Positions 26,296 through 38,799 of a DNA stretch of 64,000 nucleotides are shown here, piece after piece; the first letter of the stretch is position 1, and each line of letters starts with the position of its first letter. This stretch comes from Callorhinchus milii. Lineage: Eukaryota. A program made the translations under genes and the position numbers. The stretch lies in NCBI RefSeq assembly GCF_018977255.1, contig NW_024704742.1, positions 138,572,001-138,636,000 on the forward strand, in the 5' to 3' direction. The notes beneath the pieces were generated by a model that was given only the letters and a program-made list of their open reading frames with translations, did not search any database and was not told the DNA's origin.

Positions 26296-28050
26296 CTATC
26301 CCCAAGAGGTTAGAGTTCGAGATCCTTATCCTCACCTTCAAAGTCCTCCACGGCCTCGCTCCTTCCTACCTCTGTGACCTGCTGACCCCACACAAACCTG
26401 TCCGGTCCCTCCGCTCGGCAGGCTCCGGCCAGCTCTACATCCCCTGACCATCAGTGGTCGGGCCTCCAGCCTCTCTGCCCCCCCCACCCTTTGGAACTCC
26501 ATCCCATATTCCCTTCACCTCCTTCAAGGCCCAATTAAAGACCGCGTCCTTGCCACACTCCCAATCCCACTCCTGCTGCCCTCCCCCCAGTTGACTCCAG
26601 CCCCCAACTCGGGTCAAACCCTACGCTGTCCAGCTCTTTGGGACATCCTCCGGACGTGAAAAGGCGCTGTGTAAAGGATGTGGAGCCCCGTAGCGCAATG
26701 GTTAGCGCTCGCACTTGAGAGAGAGAGAGAAAGTCCCTTCTCTTTTCCCGACAGCCAGTGTCGAGGGATCTTATAGCGTCTGTCTGAACAGGGCACAGAC
26801 GGGGAGTGAGGTTTAACATCTCGCTTGAAGGTCTCTGACAATGCGTCTCTCCCCCCACCCCCCCTCTCTCTCTCTCTCTTCCCCCTGCGCGGTTCTGGAG
26901 CGTCAGCCTGGACTGTGAGCTCAGAGCCCCTGACGTGCGGAGGTTGGGGGGCGGGGCGGGGGATAGGGGGAGAGGGGCTTGGGCTGCAAACAAACCACAA
27001 GGCGAGAGAATGAGAGACTGAGAGGAATGTGCGATGGAGGGCAGCCAACAGGACTTAGCCAAAGCTCACACAGTGACATTCACAGCGAGAGTCAGTCCAG
27101 AGGGAATAATGAGGTTTCCCAGCCGCACCACTGCCTCCCAGGCCCTCCTCCCCATCCAGGGCTGAGCTCGGCCCTAACCTGGCTCACCTCGGGGTCTGAG
27201 TCAGTGACTCTGAGCTCACAGTCCAGGCTGATGCTCCAGCTCGGTGCTGGAGGGAGAGAGAGAGGGAGAGAGAGATGGGGAGTGAGGCTTAATGTCTTCT
27301 GGTGAGACATTAAACCTCACTCTACGTCTCTGCCCTGTTCAGGCGGATGTTAAAGACCTGTGGGCTGTTGGGAAAAGAGAAGGGGGTCTCTCTCTCCCTC
27401 TCTCTCTCTCTCGGGTTTCCTGGCCGACAATCCCCCAGATCCAATCACTCGCTCACCCTACGGTTGTGTGTGTATTTGGGTGTTTGTGTGTGTGAGTGTG
27501 TTTGTGTGTGCGAGTGTGTGACTGTGTGAGTGTGTTTGTGTGTGCGAGTGTGTGACTGTGTGAGTGTGCATCTGATGTCCTCTCCCGCACCTGGTGCTGT
27601 GACCCTATTGCCCCCACCCTCGCCCGAATTCACTGGCTCCACATCCCCCAGAGGATAGAGTTCAAAATCCTCGTCCTTACCTTCAGGGCCCTCCACGGCT
27701 TCGCTCCTTCCTACCTCTGTGACCTGCTAACCCCATATCAACTTGCACACTCCCTCCACACATCAGGCTTCGACCTACTCCACATCCACACCCTCGGTCC
27801 ACCATTGGCGGTGGGCATTCAACCTCTCTGGCCCACCCTTTGGAACTCCACCCAACAGTCCCTTCACTGCGCTCCCTCCCTCGCCAACTTCAAGGCACGG
27901 CTCAAGACCCCCCGCTTTGACATTGCCTCCGACCCTCCCTGCCCTCACCATCCCTGATCCCAACATCTCCCCCGCATGGTTCTAAATGTCTGACCGTCCA
28001 GCCTCTTGGGACATCCTCTCAACATGAAAGGCGCTATACAAATCTAATGT
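26296..28050 (+). mobile_element. Two L2 3' fragments (about 26296-26672 and 27570-28050) flanking older Deu-type SINE pieces (about 26720-27420)
   Basis: L2 C-terminal motifs. The SINE pieces contain TTAAACCTCACT...TCTGCCCTGTTCAGGCGGATGTTAAAGA. Confidence 0.75.
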
Positions 28051-28069
28051 TGTATTGCCATTTTGTATT

Positions 28070-28440
28070 GTAATAATCCTTGCATTTGATATAGCATCTG
28101 ATCACGGCTTTGAGCCATCTCAAAGCGCTTCACAGAATATACTGTAAGTGTAGTGACTGTATATTTTGTAGGTGAAATGCGGCAGCCAATTGTGCACAAC
28201 AGCGTCCCACAAATAGTCAGGGATTGAGTGACCAAATTATGTTTTTTTAACAATGATTTGAAGGGATTATTACCCCCCGGAAAAGCGATCGATTAGCCTG
28301 TTTAGGTTCCTATTGACTGCTCGGTAAATAGAGGCGTGTGGAGTAAGGAAACTTGCCTAAGGTTTCACCCTGTCCGGGAATCCAACCCAGATCCTCTCAC
28401 TTGCGAGGCGAGAGCGAAAACCACTAAGCTACAGGACTCC
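28070..28440 (-). mobile_element. tRNA SINE, long subfamily
   Basis: Full head, body and tail. Confidence 0.9.
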
Positions 28441-28499
28441 ATTAATGCCTCACAGATTCACCCGCCTGCAGACACACTAACCCACACGACTGAGTGATA

Positions 28500-28969
28500 C
28501 TTTCACAGGTATTTTATTCAGTCATTTGGAAAACGGAATATTTACTAAGGAGCACAGGTTTAGTAGCAAAAGGAGTTCATGAGAGAGTCCCATTCAATGT
28601 CTTGGAATCAACGATGTTCTTCAAGGTTGGAGGTTTCTCCGAGCAGTGGAGGTTGTTGTCTCTGCAAAGTTGACCGGCTTCTTTTCTTCTCTTGGCTTCA
28701 CACAGACAAGCCACACCTTTTGTTGCTTCGGCCCCGAATTCCCTGTGCCTTCTCGGGAGCACCTCATGAACCTTCAGTTCAGACCCGTGAGGATACACAT
28801 CCCAACCGCCTGCTAATCATCCAGTCCAAACCCATTGGAAAGGATGAGATTCCAGGAAGCCGCGAGGAGTTGATGAGATGTGTGAAGTTGAAGGCACGGG
28901 ATGAACACAACCCCTGAATACACTGACCGTTTCACAGTGGTGAGAAGAACGGTGAGATCAGGATTCTCA
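28500..28969 (-). CDS. Probable terminal exon of the Siglec-15-like gene (potential tail ORF to 28813, then 3' UTR)
   Basis: Pyrimidine-rich acceptor cttcttacctctgttccaatcgctgcag|T. A phase-2 join gives SENPDLTVLLTTVKRSVYSGVV..., containing SxYxxV. AATAAA on the minus strand at 28518-28513. Confidence 0.55.
28513..28518 (-). promoter_or_regulatory. Polyadenylation signal
   Basis: TTTATT on + at the end of a unique-sequence block downstream of the Siglec exons. Confidence 0.5.
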
Positions 28970-30639
28970 CTGCAGCGATTGGAACAGAGGTAAGAAGTCA
29001 TCTTTTCAAACACAGCTATTTAGAACATGGAAGGCTTTGACATGAGTGGCTGCTGGAGGTCATAACCTTCAACCTAACAACAACAACATGCATTTATACA
29101 GCGCCTTTCACATGGGGCAGCGTCTCGGAATGCTTCACAGTGGCATAGCCTGATGCCAAGCCGGGGGGACAGAGGAGGTGACTGTGAGCGTCGTCAAAGC
29201 AGCTCAATGCTATAATGGGAGGACTGCAGGCTGGCGTTTACTGCAAGGATGAGATCTTATAGGCCAAAAGGTCTCGATCATCAGAAGCTCTGCTTCACCT
29301 AAAGCTCTTGTGATCTTGTATGAGCCACTTTCATGGCCACTGGAGACAGGCACAGGTGAGAGAGCGGGAACTATACAGAGCTCCTTCTTTTCTTGGCCTC
29401 AGGATGGAGACGCCTTGAATCTATGAGTGAAGAAAAAGAATGAGATCATGTTTCAGCCAAACAAACACTGTCATTGGGAGTCACGGGTTCCCATGTTCTC
29501 AAAGGCTCAACAGAATCGCAAAATTCCACCTCGTCTCAGCCCTTGAGATGTTTTGCCCTCAATCCGAGGGTGGTACAGAAATGGGGTAAATCCAACAACA
29601 ACAACTTGTATTTATACAGGATAGTGTCTCAGAGCTCTGTATAGTGACAAGGTTGGATACCAAGGAAGGGAGAAGGACGAGGTAGGCATAGGCACAGTCG
29701 AAGAGGATATCTGAAACCCATCACCAATGCTTAAGAGTTCCGTGCATCCCACCTACAGTGGACTGTATTAGCTGAGCAAAGGGGCAGAGGAGTGGGCTAT
29801 GAGCAGGTCAGACCTACCCCATGTTCAGGTAGGTCTCAAGGTGGGATTTCAAAATAATAAGGGGGAAAAAACAGGGATTGAGGCAGGGAGTTCCAGAGAT
29901 TAGGGCCATAGTGGCAGATGTCATGGCCACTGATGCTGGTGCAGAGTGGTCAGGGGACGTGCAGCAGGCCTGGGCCTGTGTTAGCTGAGCAAAGAAGGTG
30001 GGCAGAGCAGTGGGGTACGAGGTGATAGAGAGTAACTGGGAACTTTTTAAGACTGGTGAAAAAGTTAGAGACTGAATGGTCTGACCGGCTGGAATTTCAG
30101 GCCTCAGAGATGGAGGGGCAATTGACAGATTGATGGTCAGATTAATGTGAGAGACAGAAAGTTAACTTGGCTCAGTTGTCGAGTTCTCCAGGCCCGTGAT
30201 CGCACGACACAATAAGAAAAAGAGTGTCCTGGCCAACAATCCTCCAGATCAATTCGTCGTCCACATCACTGCTGGGTGTGGGACTTTGCTGCGCACTAAC
30301 TGTCTGCAGCGTTTGCTGACAAAAACACAGTCACTACATCTGACAAAGCACTGTAGTTATAATAATCCTTGCATTTGATGCAGCGCCTCATCACATGGCC
30401 AAACATCTGAATGCTCTTCACAGGATGTTACTGTGAAGTGTAGTGACTGTGCTTGTTTTGAAATAATAATCTTTCTTCCGTTTGATACAGCGCCTTATCA
30501 TGTTTTCAAGATATCTTAAAGTGCTTCAGGGCATTTTACTGTAAAGTAGTGACTGGGTATTGTATTGTGTTGTATATCATAACCACTTGAGCTTCAGTGG
30601 TTTTGTATTTAAGATACAAATAACGAATGATTGACAAAC

Positions 30640-31147
30640 CTTATGTTTTACGGACAAGAAACGATCCCGATCACCAACAGAAAGAGACATTTAGCTGCCG
30701 GCATCAGCCACAGCATCACAGTGATGAAGCTGCCATCGCTCTGTCTGTCCCCATCGCTCTGTCTGTCCCCATCGCTCTGTCTGTCCCCATCGCTCTGTCT
30801 GTCCCCATCGCTCTGTCTGTCCCCATCACTCTGTCTGTCCCCATCACTCTGTCTGTCCCCATCACTCTGTGGTCCAGGTGCGAGGATGTCTCTGGTGTCC
30901 CTGCCCTGTGTGTTCTCAGCTACACAGCGGTAAGTTCCCCTCAGCCTCGGGCCCCGGATCACCCCCACGGTTAGATGCTTGTCCGGTACGTGTGTGACTG
31001 GCGTGTGGCTGGTGTTAATGGGCAGCGTGTTATTCTCAGGGTCGATCCATGTGATGTTGGCCGGTGGTTCCCCCTCAGCCGTGCACACGATGTCAACTCC
31101 GGCTCCATCACCGGCCACGAGGGACAGACTCAGGATTACAGCCGGAG
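30640..31147 (-). CDS. Siglec-15-like receptor, Ig C2-set + repeat stalk + transmembrane exon (in-frame TAA at 30650-30648)
   Basis: Acceptor ttctttatacctgaag|CT, phase 1. Protein APAVILSLS...CTAEGEPPANITW...YRCVAEN (Siglec-15 has CTAEGEPP). Then (QSDGDR)7, the TM segment FITVMLWLMPAAKCLFLLVIGIV with an internal Lys, and donor AAG|GTTTGT. Confidence 0.85.
30734..30869 (-). repeat. Coding 18-bp tandem repeat (about 7.5 copies; QSDGDR)
   Basis: CCATCGCTCTGTCTGTCC units, frame-preserving within the exon. Confidence 0.95.
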
Positions 31148-33195
31148 CTTCAGGTATAAAGAAACACAGAGTTATTCAAACAAACAACTGTCCCCATCGT
31201 GTCTGTGCTGGTGCTCACTCCCCCACTGGAGCTCTCTACTCTAACCCCATTCCCTGCTCTCTCTCCCCATCGTGTCTGTGCTGGTGTTCGCTCCCCCACT
31301 GGAGCTCTCTACTCTAACCCCATTCCCTGCTCTCTCCCCATCGTGTCTGTCCTGGTGTTCGCTCCCCCACTGGAGCTCTCTACTCTAATCTTTTCTTGTA
31401 CATTTTCATGTTGCTGATAATGTTTTGCTCCAAACACTTTTCAAAATTCCTTTTTTAATATTCGGGTCCCAGCGCTTTGGGAAGTCCTCCTGATGTCAAA
31501 GACGCTATATGAATGTACTTTGTTGTTGTATTTTGAGGAGTTTCTTTAGATATTTGTTAATAAGAAATATTTAATATCAAACGTGTGAAACATCAGTATT
31601 GCATATATTTGATGATCACAAGAGAGGTTTGTGTGAAGAAGTGCTTCAGCCCATTTGATCTCAACCTTCCCAACCCCCCCTCTGTAATGAGCCCCAGTGT
31701 CCTGACCTCAACCACCCATTCCAGTTCTACACCGGGAAACTAAATATTGCTGTTCTGATGGCAGTGCAGTGTCTGGGATGGTAACCAGTCTGTCTTGTTC
31801 CGACACTGATGGACCTGGTCGTGTGTTTAAGTTTTGCTTTACTCAGAGGGTAGTCAGTGATTGGAACAGGTGGCCAGGAAGGGTGGCTGAGGCCAGGACC
31901 GGAGCTTCTCTTCATGACCTGAGACAGGAACAGGATTGGAATAGTGCAGAGCGGTCAGTGTGACAGAGTACATGTTACACACTGTGAAATCCTGGATATT
32001 TTAGCTGCTCTTCATGGCACCATCTCCCTCATCCCTGTGCTCCTCACTCAGCCTCTCTGAGCCTGTGGGCAGCATAATGTCTCACAGACAAATCCTGGGA
32101 AGTGTAGTGACTGTTTTGCAGCCAGTTTACTCAGATGAAGGAGCCCCAGTGGTTGTGAAGGGCTCTGGGATGCTACCCTCCATGAGGGGTGCAATATAAA
32201 CAATCAGTTCAGATGGAGGACTGTTGAAGTCTAAGAAGCTTAGATTCACTGCGATGTCCCCAGGGATTAGAGGTTTCAGTTACTGAAAGAGATTTGAGAG
32301 GTTGTGTGTTTTTTTACGAAGCTGAGAAGATTAGGGATGACCTGATAGAGATCACAAAGGGTCAAAGAGTCACAACAATAGATTTTCCTCTCATTAGCCA
32401 GTCAGTCACAAGAGGAATAAGAACATAAGAACATAAGAATTAGGAGCAGGAGTAGACCATTCGGCCCCTCGAGCCTGTGCCCCGCCATTCAATAAGATCA
32501 CGGCTGATCTTCAGACCTAACTCTAATTACCCGCCCTCTCCCCATATCCCCTATTTTTTAAAATCTCTCAGTCTCAGCCTTGAAGATGTTGAAGGACTGA
32601 GCATCTACAGCCTTCTGGGGTACAGACCCAGGGAGAAAATCCCTTCTCGTGATTTTGGGGCAGCCGGTTGCCTGATAAATACCAAATCAGCAGTGCCCTG
32701 GAGTACTGCGACCGCCTGGCTCAGGAACCAGACTGGAGACCCCCACAGAGGGTTGACTCCTGCCCAACGTCCTGTGGCCTGGTATCTCACTGTGGAGCCA
32801 GTCCCTGCTTTACACCTTCTTTGTGGTGGGAGAACCTTACAGGGCAGTTTGTGACCTGCCAGCCACCTTGATGTTCTCGAGATCCATTGCCACTTCCCAG
32901 GCTTACTGGTCACCAGCTGCTGAATCCAGGTCCTCATGTGAGGGGCCTCGGCAAATAGACAACCCCACAGTGAGGCCGCCTCAGCCTCCAGGTGCTCAGT
33001 GACAGGTCAGTGTACAGCACAGCCCTCCCTCCCTGCAGCCGCTCACTCACTGTCACCTGTCAGCTCCCTGCTACACACCGTCCATCACAGGGAACACTGG
33101 CTCTCTATTGCCCGTCCTGGGACGGGACACTTCCCACTGACTTCGGCCCCAGTGAGGAACGTCACGTCTCATTCCCACTTCCCATCGTTCCTCAC

Positions 33196-33585
33196 CTGTA
33201 ACAATCAGACGTGTTTTGGGGCCAGTTTCAAACTTTCCGTCCTCACCCTGGAGCTCCACACGACAGGACAACAGCGTATTATTGTCCTCTCCCCTCAGTT
33301 GGTTTATCTCTATTGCAGCGTCGTTCCTCCTCGGGTCCCCAATCACTCGGTGTCTCTCTCCCTCGTTTACATCAATGACATTTTGATACTTTCCCTGTGA
33401 ATCCGGCCTATAATTTGTATATTTAATATACACAGGACCAGTCCAGTCTCCCATCCATATGATGGTGATGTTCCCTGTGTATCTGGGGTGAGGGGGAGTG
33501 AACTTGCAGTACACGGTGACCGGTGACCCTAACCTGCCGGTCACTGTATCGGGGGTCTCCATCGTCCAGCCATTCCCACTGAGCC
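33196..33585 (-). CDS. Siglec-15-like receptor, Ig V-set exon
   Basis: Acceptor tcctcacag|GG and donor ACAG|GTGAGG, 390 nt, phase 1-1. Protein WTMETPDTVTGRLGSPVTVYCKFTPP...IW...GDPRRNDAAIEINQL...SCRVELQG...TRLIVT. The CRVE motif carries the Siglec F-strand Arg. Confidence 0.88.
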
Positions 33586-34030
33586 CTGTGAGGACACACA
33601 TGGTGTAATGTGAACCAGAACACAACATAAAAGCAAACAGGTAACACTGAGCTTGTACAAGAGCTTGGTTAGGTCACAGCGGGGAGTAATGTGGATAGTA
33701 TTGGGATCTCCACTGTAAGAAGGATAAAAAAGTGATGGAAAAGATGCAGCTTAGATTCACTGGGATGTCCCCAGGGATTAGAGGTTTCAGTTACTAAAAG
33801 AGATTTGAGAGGTTAGGGATTTTTTACGAAGCTGAGAAGGTTAGAAGTGACCTGACAGAGATCACAAAGGGTCAGAGTCACGATACATTTTCCTCTCATC
33901 AGCCAGTCAGTCACAAGAGGAATAAATCTAAAACTATCACAAAAAAGGAGGTTTGAAACCCTGTCTTTAGACAGAGAGCGTGGGATTGTGACATTCTGTA
34001 ACACAAACCGGACATGAGTCAAAGTCCGTC

Positions 34031-34403
34031 AATAATAATAATAATAATCCTTGCATTTGATACAGCGCCTTATCACGTCTTCATGACGTCTCAAAGCGCT
34101 TCACAGAATATACTGTAAAGTGAATTTACTGCATATTTTGAGGGTGAAACGCAGCAGCCAATTGCACACAGCAGCGTCCCACAAAGAGGCATGAATTGAG
34201 TGACCAGTTTATTGTTTTTGAAGGAATTATTACTCACGGAAAAGTGGTCTGTCAATCCGCTAACAACCGGGTTCCTACTTAATGCTGGATGAACGGAGTG
34301 ATGTGGAGTAAGGAAACGTGCCCAACATTTAGCCCTGCCGGGAATTGAACCCAGGTCTCTTGTCCGCGAGGCGAGGGCTCTAACACTTGAGCTACAGGAC
34401 TCC
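34031..34403 (-). mobile_element. tRNA SINE, long subfamily
   Basis: Full head, body and tail. Confidence 0.9.
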
Positions 34404-34964
34404 ACAGTCAAGTTTATAAAAGGGAATTGGATAAATGTTTGAAGAGGAGCAATATTAAAGGGTGTTGGGTGGGGGGGAGGTAGAGTGAACGAGACCGAGG
34501 GTGTGACTGGGCGGCTTGTGAAGGAAATAACACATTTTAAAATGGAATGAACGGGCGGAGGGGCTGTTTTAATGCTATAAAAATACCATCATTTTAACAG
34601 TCAGAAACTAGACTAGATCAAGAGCTGCAGTGAGAACTAACGCCAGCACAGACACTTTGTTTGCGGTCAGTCGGGTGGCTGATAACAGAGGAAACTCACC
34701 ACTGCGCTTAAGAGTCTTCAAACCAAACTATTCAGAATTCCACCTATATCTGGAAATGTCTGTGTGTCTGGAATGAGATGCACTTTGTCCCCAGAGGGAC
34801 GTATCCTGCTCACCTCATCACAGACAGTATTCTGCGCAGGATGGGAAGATCACCGATTCAACAACAAATTGTACAGCACCTTTCATGTCGGGAGGACATC
34901 AAGAGAGGGGTGAGGGGAAGGGATTGTGGGATGGAGTTCCAAAGGGTGAGGCAAACACTTACAC

Positions 34965-35830
34965 TAGGCTTTATAAATAGGGGCATAGAGTACAAGAGTC
35001 AGGAGGTTATGATTAACCCATATAAACACTGGTTAGACCTCAGTTAGAATACTGCATCAAGTTCTGGGCCCCACACTATAGGAAGGACGTTAAGGCATTG
35101 GAAAGGGTACAGAGGAGAAGGTTACGAGGACCTAATAGAGGTCTTCAAAATCATGAGGGGATTTGATGGGTTAGAAAGGGAAAAGCTGTTCCCACTGGTG
35201 GGAGTGTCGGTGACTCGAGGTCACAGATTCAAAATAGACTCTTAAAGAAGCCGAGGGGAAGTGAGTAGAAATTTTTTCACGCAGAGAGTTGTTCGAATCT
35301 GGAACATTGCCTGAAAGGGCGGTGGAGGCCGATTCGATAACTACTTTTAAAAACGCGGTGGACGGGTATTTGAGGAGGACGGGTTTGCAGATTACAGGGA
35401 AAGGGCCGGGGAGTGGGACTGACATTACATTGCTCTGTTCAAAGAGCCGCACAGACTCAATGGGCCGAATGGCCTCTTTTTGTGCTGTACGATTCTATGG
35501 AGTCCTGTAGCTCAGTGGTTAGAGCACTCGCTTTGCAAGCGAGAGACCTGAGTTCAATTCCAGGCAGGGCGAAACCTTGGGCAAGTTTCCTTACTCCACA
35601 CGCCTAATAATAATCCCTCCAAAACCAAAAACAATAATAAATTGGTCATTTTCAATTTACAACTGTTTGTGGGACATTGCTGTGCGCAATTGGCTGCCGC
35701 GTTCGCCCACAAATATACAGTCAATTCACTTTACAGTGTGTTCTGTGAAGCGCTTTGGGACGTCCTCCCGACGTGAAAAGCGCTATATCAAATGCAAGGA
35801 TTATTATTATTATGATTCTATGATTCTACG
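34965..35830 (+). mobile_element. CR1 3' fragment with SINE (35499-35813) inserted in its tail
   Basis: Closely similar to the CR1 copies at 46400-47010 and 63424-64000. Confidence 0.9.
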
Positions 35831-36849
35831 ATTCACTGTGTGGGGCTCAGTGAGTAACACAGTTCTGCCCAGTTTAGAGACGGGAATCTTATTTGCAGGA
35901 GATATCACGTGACAATTCTTTTATATCAGCAACGTTTACATGGGAACATAAGAATTTGCTGGCGAAGGAAGACAAACTTCTATCTCGTTCACCTCCACAA
36001 TCCTGGCAATCGCTTGACATGTCATGTCCCAGACTATATAGTACACTATATAGATAGATTTCTTCCTTGTACACCTGAGACTGGTGTACAAGGAAGAAAT
36101 CTATCTACTGTGTTCTTGAAACAAACAACACTCTTTGTTTCCACCATCTCCCTAAGGAACCTTCCATATGTTTACTACTCTTTCACTGAAGTAGTGAACA
36201 AATGTTTTAATAACCTTTTCATTTCTGTATTTAATCTGTAATGTTAGAAAGTCTCAAAGGTCTTCAACTTTGTTCATGGACAAACACAGCAGTCAGTTTG
36301 CAAACAGCGATATCACAAAAACAGCCAGAAGGTAAATGAGCGATTAATCTGGTTGATTGTCGCACAGGAAGCCGGGAGGAACTCGCTTCTCTTTTCCATT
36401 AGTGTTGAGGGATCTTTAATATCAGGCAAACAGGTCCTTGTTTTAACGTCTCATCTGAAGGATGGCAACTCTGACGATGTACAGCTCCCCCTGTGCTGGA
36501 GCATCAGCCCGGACTCTGAGCACAATCCTGACATGGACACGAAACCAGGCTTTAGACCCAGAGGTGAGAGTGTGACTGACTGAGCCAAACTGACTTCCTG
36601 CGTTACGTTAAAGTCAGAGAAGTGGAGCTGCTGTCCATGTGATTTGTTGGTTTACGGCACAGAAGCCTTCCCCCCCTCTGCTGTCTGTGCTGGTGATCGC
36701 TCTTTACTGGGGCTCTATACGGTAATCCAAATCCCTGCTCTTTCCCCACTGTGTCTGTGCAGAGGTATCAGTGTATTTTTCGTTAGTCGGGTGTCTGACA
36801 CACGCAGAAACCCATCCCTATGCTGTGGATTATCCAAACCACCAGACAC

Positions 36850-37330
36850 CGCACCCACATCACTCCCACCCTCGCCCTCACGCCCACCCTCACCTTCGCT
36901 CACCTCCACTGGCTCCCCATCCCCCAGAGGATCGAATTCAAGATCCTCATCCTCACCTACAAGGCCATTCATGGCCTCGCTCCCTCCTACCTCTCTGACC
37001 TACTATCCCCCCACGTACCTGCCCGAACCCTCCGTTCCTCTGGCTCCGGTCTGCTCCGCATCCCCCGCCCCAACCGCCCTACCATCGGTGGTCGGGCCTT
37101 CAGCCTCTCAGCCCCGAGGTTCTGGAACTCTATCCCCCAATGCCTTCGCCGCTTCCTCCCTTTCCTCCTTCAAGGCCGGTCTCAAGACCTTTCTCTTTGA
37201 CCTTCAGCCTTCAGCGCCGCTCTCGACTCTCTACCCTCTTCTCGCTCCCTCCCTTCCCTCCCTTCACCCTGACCATTTCCCCCCTCCTCGCTCCCTCCCT
37301 TCCCTCCCCTCACCTGACCATTTCCCCCCT
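36850..37330 (+). mobile_element. L2 3' fragment, tail-to-tail with the minus-strand L2
   Basis: LHWLPIPQRIEFKILILTYKAIHGLAPSYL. Confidence 0.88.
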
Positions 37331-38750
37331 CCATTTATAGAGCGCATTTCACGTCAGGAGGACGTCCAAAGGCGCTGTACAGTTGGGTCAGGACCCGAGC
37401 AGGGGGGAAATGGTCAGGTGAGGGGAGGGAAGGGAGGGAGCGAGGAGGGGGGCCTTGAGGTGATAAAGGTGTGGACCAGAGTGTCAGACGCGTGAGGGGT
37501 GAGGTAGTGCCATAGTCTGGCGATGTTCTGGAGGTGATGGAAGGCAGTGCCAGTTGTGGTGCGGATATGAGGGAGAAAGGACAGCTCAGGGTCGAGGGGA
37601 ACCCCGAGGTTCCTGATGGCTTTGAGAGGGGGAGAGTGCAGCCTTGGATGCTGATGCTGTCAGCGCCTGAGGTGCGGAGGTGCTGACATGAGCCAATCAG
37701 GAGGGCCTCAGTTTTACGCACGTTGAGTTGAAGAAAGTAGTCTCTCGTCCAGGACTCGATGTCGGACAGACAGCTGTCAGGACATCGGGGGTCGTGGAGT
37801 TGAGGGTAGAGCAGGAAAGGTAGAGTTGGGTGTCATCCGCGTACATGTGGGAGTGAACCCCATGTCTGCGGATGATGTCAACACCGGGGGAGCATATACA
37901 TGGTGAAGAGGAGGGGACCGAGGACAGAGTCCTGAGGGACACCGCACGAGACAGTGCGGGGGCCGGAGGAAAAGCCATTCGCGGAAACAAAGTGAAGACG
38001 GTGGGAGAGGTACGACCTAAACCACTCAAGGACAGGGCCTTGAAGGTTGAGGTGGGAGGACAAGCGGTGGAGGAGGATAGCGTGGTCGACCGTATCGAAT
38101 GCTGCCGATAGGTCGAGGAGGACGAGGAGGCAGAGGGAGCCCTGGTCACAGATGGTCAGGATGTCATTGGTGACCTTGACCAGGGCAGTTTCTGTGCTAT
38201 GGGCAGCACGGAAACCCGACTGAAGGGGTTTGAATAGTGAATGGGTGGAGAGGAACGAGCGCAGTTGGGAGGCCACAACTCGTTCCAGGACCTTGGACAG
38301 GAAGGGGAGGTTGGAGATGGGCCGGAGATTGATAGCTGCGACGCATCAAGAGAGGGGTTTTTCAAGGTGGGAGTGATGGTGGCAGTTTTTAGGGGAATGG
38401 AAACAGAGCCAGAGGAGAGGGACAGGTTGATGATGTCTGTGATATGTGGGGCAGGTGGTGGCGCTGGGAGATAAGGAGTGGAGTGGGGATGGGGTCAAGG
38501 GAGCAGGTGGTGGGTTTCAGGGATAGGATGAGTTTGGTGACAGAGGGTGGGGAAACGGGTACGAAAGTGTGTAGGGGAGGATGGGTAGGAGTCGGAGTGT
38601 GGGAGAGAGGGGGTGGGGGGTGGATGGATGTTGGAGGGGAAGTGACCGCGGAGCGATTTCCCTTGATTTTGGATTCAAGGAAATCCAGCATCTCCTCGCA
38701 GTGACCCAGAGGCGAGAGTGCTACTGAATCGCTAGACTGATACCTGATGA
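37331..38750 (-). mobile_element. L2 LINE fragment (RT region, internally deleted 3' end)
   Basis: [22 protein letters not shown]...[13 protein letters not shown]...[13 protein letters not shown]...MYADDTQLY. Confidence 0.92.
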
Positions 38751-38799
38751 CTAATGGGTGCACAGAGGCAGCTGTGGGAGAAGACGAGGAGAGATAATG

